Shown piece by piece: positions 59,984 to 62,783 of a stretch of DNA of 62,783 nt. A model generated the notes under the pieces. The model worked only from the letters and a program-made list of their open reading frames with translations. It made no database searches and was not told where the DNA came from. The stretch comes from an uncultured Oscillospiraceae bacterium (lineage in GTDB: Bacteria; Bacillota; Clostridia; Oscillospirales; Ruminococcaceae): positions 1-62,783 of the forward strand of contig URFD01000001.1 of the NCBI GenBank assembly GCA_900547015.1, read 5' to 3'. A program made the position numbers and the translations under genes. Position 1 is the stretch's first letter. Every line of letters begins with the position of its first letter.

Positions 59984-60769
59984 TTACAGATAGGATTCTA
60001 TTTCGCGGCGCGGCTCCCGGAAGTTTGCCAGACACCACTCCACCGTCTTTTGGAATCCCTCCTGCGGGAATGCCTTGGAGCCCAGCGGGCACAGGCGCAC
60101 GCAGGACAGACAGCGCAGGCACTTGCCAGCGTCTACACGGGTAGGGTCGGCAGGGTCGATTGCACCGACCGGGCAGTTGAGGACGCAGTTTCCACAGCGG
60201 ATACAGCCGTTGGTGGTTTCCGGCGCCATCGGTGTGGATGGCTTGCGCTCCCGATAGGGGCGGTTGCCGGGAATCACACCCTGTTCCAGAGCGGTCAGCG
60301 GTGCATTTTGGAGCTTTTCTGCCAGCTGTCTGCCGAAAGCCTCCGCCTTGGCGAGGTCCTCCTCGTCCGGACGGCCGGTCGCAATCTGGGTGGTGAAGGA
60401 ATGTTCCCCGATGCAGGCCGCAGCGGCGGTGACCACAAAGCCCTTTGCGGTCATCAGGTCCTCCATCTCTGCCAGACAGTCATCGTAGTGGCGGTTGCCG
60501 TAGACCGCAACGACCGCACAGCCGGTCCGGTCTCCTGTGATGTGCTGCTCAAGATACTCCCGCACCAGCAGCGGCATCACGCCGCCGTATACCGGCGAGC
60601 CGACCAAGACAAAATCCTGTGGTCCAAAGTGGTAGTCCATACTGCGGTTCTGCGGAAGGGTGAAATCGACCTCCTGCACCTGCCAGCCCATCCCGCGGGC
60701 GATGGCGCGAAGGCTGCGCTGGGTTGTTTTGGTACTGCTGAAATACAGCAGTGTGACCGTTCTTTCCAT
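59984..60769 (-). CDS. EFR1-family ferredoxin (flavodoxin-like + 2x[4Fe-4S])
   Basis: YFS.T.TT, PVYGG, YGNRHYDD, CIRCGNCVLNCP, CLRCLSCVRLCP. Confidence 0.88.
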   Translation of the reverse strand: MERTVTLLYFSSTKTTQRSLRAIARGMGWQVQEVDFTLPQNRSMDYHFGPQDFVLVGSPVYGGVMPLLVREYLEQHITGDRTGCAVVAVYGNRHYDDCLAEMEDLMTAKGFVVTAAAACIGEHSFTTQIATGRPDEEDLAKAEAFGRQLAEKLQNAPLTALEQGVIPGNRPYRERKPSTPMAPETTNGCIRCGNCVLNCPVGAIDPADPTRVDAGKCLRCLSCVRLCPLGSKAFPQEGFQKTVEWCLANFREPRREIESYL

Positions 60770-60852
60770 ATTGGTTCCCCCTTGCTGATTTGGGGCAGGC
60801 CGCCCCGATTACCCTAAGGATAGCGCAAGGGCGGTGCGGCTGTCAAGGCGGG

Positions 60853-62508
60853 CTAACGCAGGGCCAGCGCATCCCGAAAGACAACCTTGCCGCCGTAGGG
60901 GTAGTAGTCGATGCCGGTGACATCCTTGCCGAGGACAAAATATTGGGTCTCGACCAACAGCGGATAGACCACCGCATCGTCCATCAGCATCGATTCGGCG
61001 GCGGAATACTGGTTGAGAATCTGGGCGCGGTCGTGGGAGATTGCCGCCGAATCCAACAGCGCATCAAAATCCGGGTTCCGATAGGCGGTCACATTGGCCG
61101 TCGAGGTGGAGGTGAAGCGGCTGAGAAGATCCGCCGGGGTATTGGCGGAGGCGGTCAGCGGAATCAGCGTCGCCTGATAATCGCCGCGGCTCAGGCGGGA
61201 GGACAGCTCGTCCCGTGTGACCTCCTCGATGTTGACCGAGATTGCCAGCGTGCTCTGCCATGCCTGCTGGAGCAGACCGCACAGCTCCGGAATATTGCTG
61301 TCCTGCGGCACCAGCAGCTGAATCTTGCGCAGGGTGTCCGCCTCCAGCTCGTCCATTCCGGCGCGGTATGCCTGATAGGCCGCCTGCGGGTCGTGGGTGT
61401 TTTGGGTGGGTGCGGTGGTCTGCGCCGTGTAGGACTGGGTGAACAGCGAGATTGCAGGCGGAATCAGCCGGTCGCAGACCTGAAGATTTTCCTGACGGTT
61501 TTCCTGCAAAAACTGCCCCAGTGTACTGCGGTCAATCGCGCGCAGGAAGCCCTCCCGAACCTGCTGGTTGCAGAAGGCTGTGTGGGTCTGGTTGAAGGTC
61601 AGCGCCCAGACGATGCTCTGGCTCTCCTGACAGGTCATCCCGGCACTGCGCGCTTGGCGGTACTGCTCATAGTCGGCAAGGCAGCCGTCCGATTTTCCGC
61701 TCATCAGCAGCTCGAAGCGGGAGGGTGCCTGCTCTCCCTTTTCCTTCTGGATGGCGGTCTGCACATCGCGGTCCATATAAAGGTAAAGTCCCGGCGACTG
61801 CACCTGCTGAACATCGTAGTATCGGGGATTTTTCTTGAGATACAGGCGGTTGCCGTTTTCCCACTGCATCAGGAAGAACGGGCCGTTGGAATAACTCTGC
61901 TTGATGGTGGAGCCGTACTTTCCGTTGGCGGCCTCGAACAGCTGGCGACTGCACGGCATCGCCGACGAGTGGGAGAGGCTTTCCAAAAAGGCAGGGTCCG
62001 CATAATCCAGCGTAAATTCCACCGTCCGCTCGTCCACCGCACGAACGCCCAGCCGCTCCACCGGCAGCTCTCCGGACAGAACCTGCTGGCTGTTTTGGAT
62101 GGCGCCGTACATCGAGGCGAAGGGGGAGGGGTAGATGCTGTTGAAAATCCGCTGGAAGGCAAAGACGAAATCGTCCGCCGTCACCGGCAGCTCGTCCTTG
62201 TCGTCCCAGCTCATGCCCTCCCGCAGATAGAAGGTATAGCGTTTCTGGTCCTGCGACACCTCATAGCGCTCGATGACCCCTTCCTCGAGCTTGCCGTCCG
62301 GGCGCTGGCGCATCAGTCCTTCCATCATATTATAGATGACCAACTGCTCGCTTTCCCGCTCTGCAAACTGCGGGTCCAGCGTATAGACCCACGAGGAAAT
62401 GTCATACCGCACCAGCGAAGGCTCGGTACCGCAGCCGGACAGGGAAAATGCCAGCATCAGCACCGCCGTCAGACCGGAGATGAGTTTTAAAATTCGATGA
62501 TTTTTCAA
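60853..62508 (-). CDS. oppA: Oligopeptide ABC transporter substrate-binding lipoprotein (OppA-like)
   Basis: LSGC lipobox, TLDPQ, EGL, YTFYLR..W.D..PVTADDFVFA, NGPF, KNPRYY. Confidence 0.88.
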   Translation of the reverse strand: MKNHRILKLISGLTAVLMLAFSLSGCGTEPSLVRYDISSWVYTLDPQFAERESEQLVIYNMMEGLMRQRPDGKLEEGVIERYEVSQDQKRYTFYLREGMSWDDKDELPVTADDFVFAFQRIFNSIYPSPFASMYGAIQNSQQVLSGELPVERLGVRAVDERTVEFTLDYADPAFLESLSHSSAMPCSRQLFEAANGKYGSTIKQSYSNGPFFLMQWENGNRLYLKKNPRYYDVQQVQSPGLYLYMDRDVQTAIQKEKGEQAPSRFELLMSGKSDGCLADYEQYRQARSAGMTCQESQSIVWALTFNQTHTAFCNQQVREGFLRAIDRSTLGQFLQENRQENLQVCDRLIPPAISLFTQSYTAQTTAPTQNTHDPQAAYQAYRAGMDELEADTLRKIQLLVPQDSNIPELCGLLQQAWQSTLAISVNIEEVTRDELSSRLSRGDYQATLIPLTASANTPADLLSRFTSTSTANVTAYRNPDFDALLDSAAISHDRAQILNQYSAAESMLMDDAVVYPLLVETQYFVLGKDVTGIDYYPYGGKVVFRDALALR

Positions 62509-62562
62509 GAGAACATACTCTCCTTATTCACTGTAATTGGGCTCCGGGAACCAAACCTTTTC

Positions 62563-62614
62563 ATTTCCCGGGAAATCATCATTCCCAAGAAATCCAAAAT
62601 ATTTCCCGGGAAAT
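62563..62614. promoter_or_regulatory. Cluster of Noc-binding sites upstream of oppA
   Basis: Exact copies at 62563-62576 and 62601-62614, with a degenerate copy between them. Confidence 0.78.
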
Positions 62615-62783
62615 CATGCCGATGCGCCCCGCAGCATTGCGCGGACTCTCCTGCTAAGTGTAGCATGAGGGGTCAGGAAAAGCAATTGCTATCTTATAAA
62701 TCTTTTGATCAAAACGAAATCGGGTGCAGGATTTCTTCATTTTTTTCCGGAGGCCGGACTTGAGCTCTTGCATTGGCGGCAGG

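Noticed and set aside
60790..62490. 566-aa + strand ORF
   Set aside because: Antisense shadow of oppA.
56555..62614. CRISPR array, IS ends or parS for the 14-bp palindromes
   Set aside because: Too short and irregularly spaced, no cas or transposase genes, and the core is TCCCGGGA rather than the parS core TCACGTGA.

Overview
Chromosomal window of a spore-forming clostridial Firmicute, probably Oscillospiraceae/Ruminococcaceae-like (inferred from gene content and style). Most of it is ordinary housekeeping, transport and sporulation genes: a GlnK/GlnL-like two-component system, an ABC exporter pair, lepA, nrdD, ppaC, pgm, fba, tepA-ylzJ-spoIIIE, pdxK, hflX, ypeB, rqcH, deoD-deoB-cdd, rsmA and oppA. 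Three things stand out. (1) A compact 12.6-kb, 20-gene minus-strand operon (26913-39514) encodes an apparently complete phage head (TerS, TerL, portal, protease, decoration, capsid) and a minimal contractile tail and baseplate. It has no integrase, repressor, replication or lysis genes, no att repeats and no normal-length tape measure, so it is a candidate domesticated gene-transfer-agent or PBSX-like particle. (2) There are eight perfect and four 1-mismatch copies of ATTTCCCGGGAAAT, the Noc nucleoid-occlusion binding site, clustered in the right-hand part. (3) An orphan perfect sigma-A promoter drives a ~175-nt non-coding transcript with four anti-Shine-Dalgarno motifs (47443-47653), a candidate new sRNA. 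All calls come from reading motifs by eye. No database search was run.
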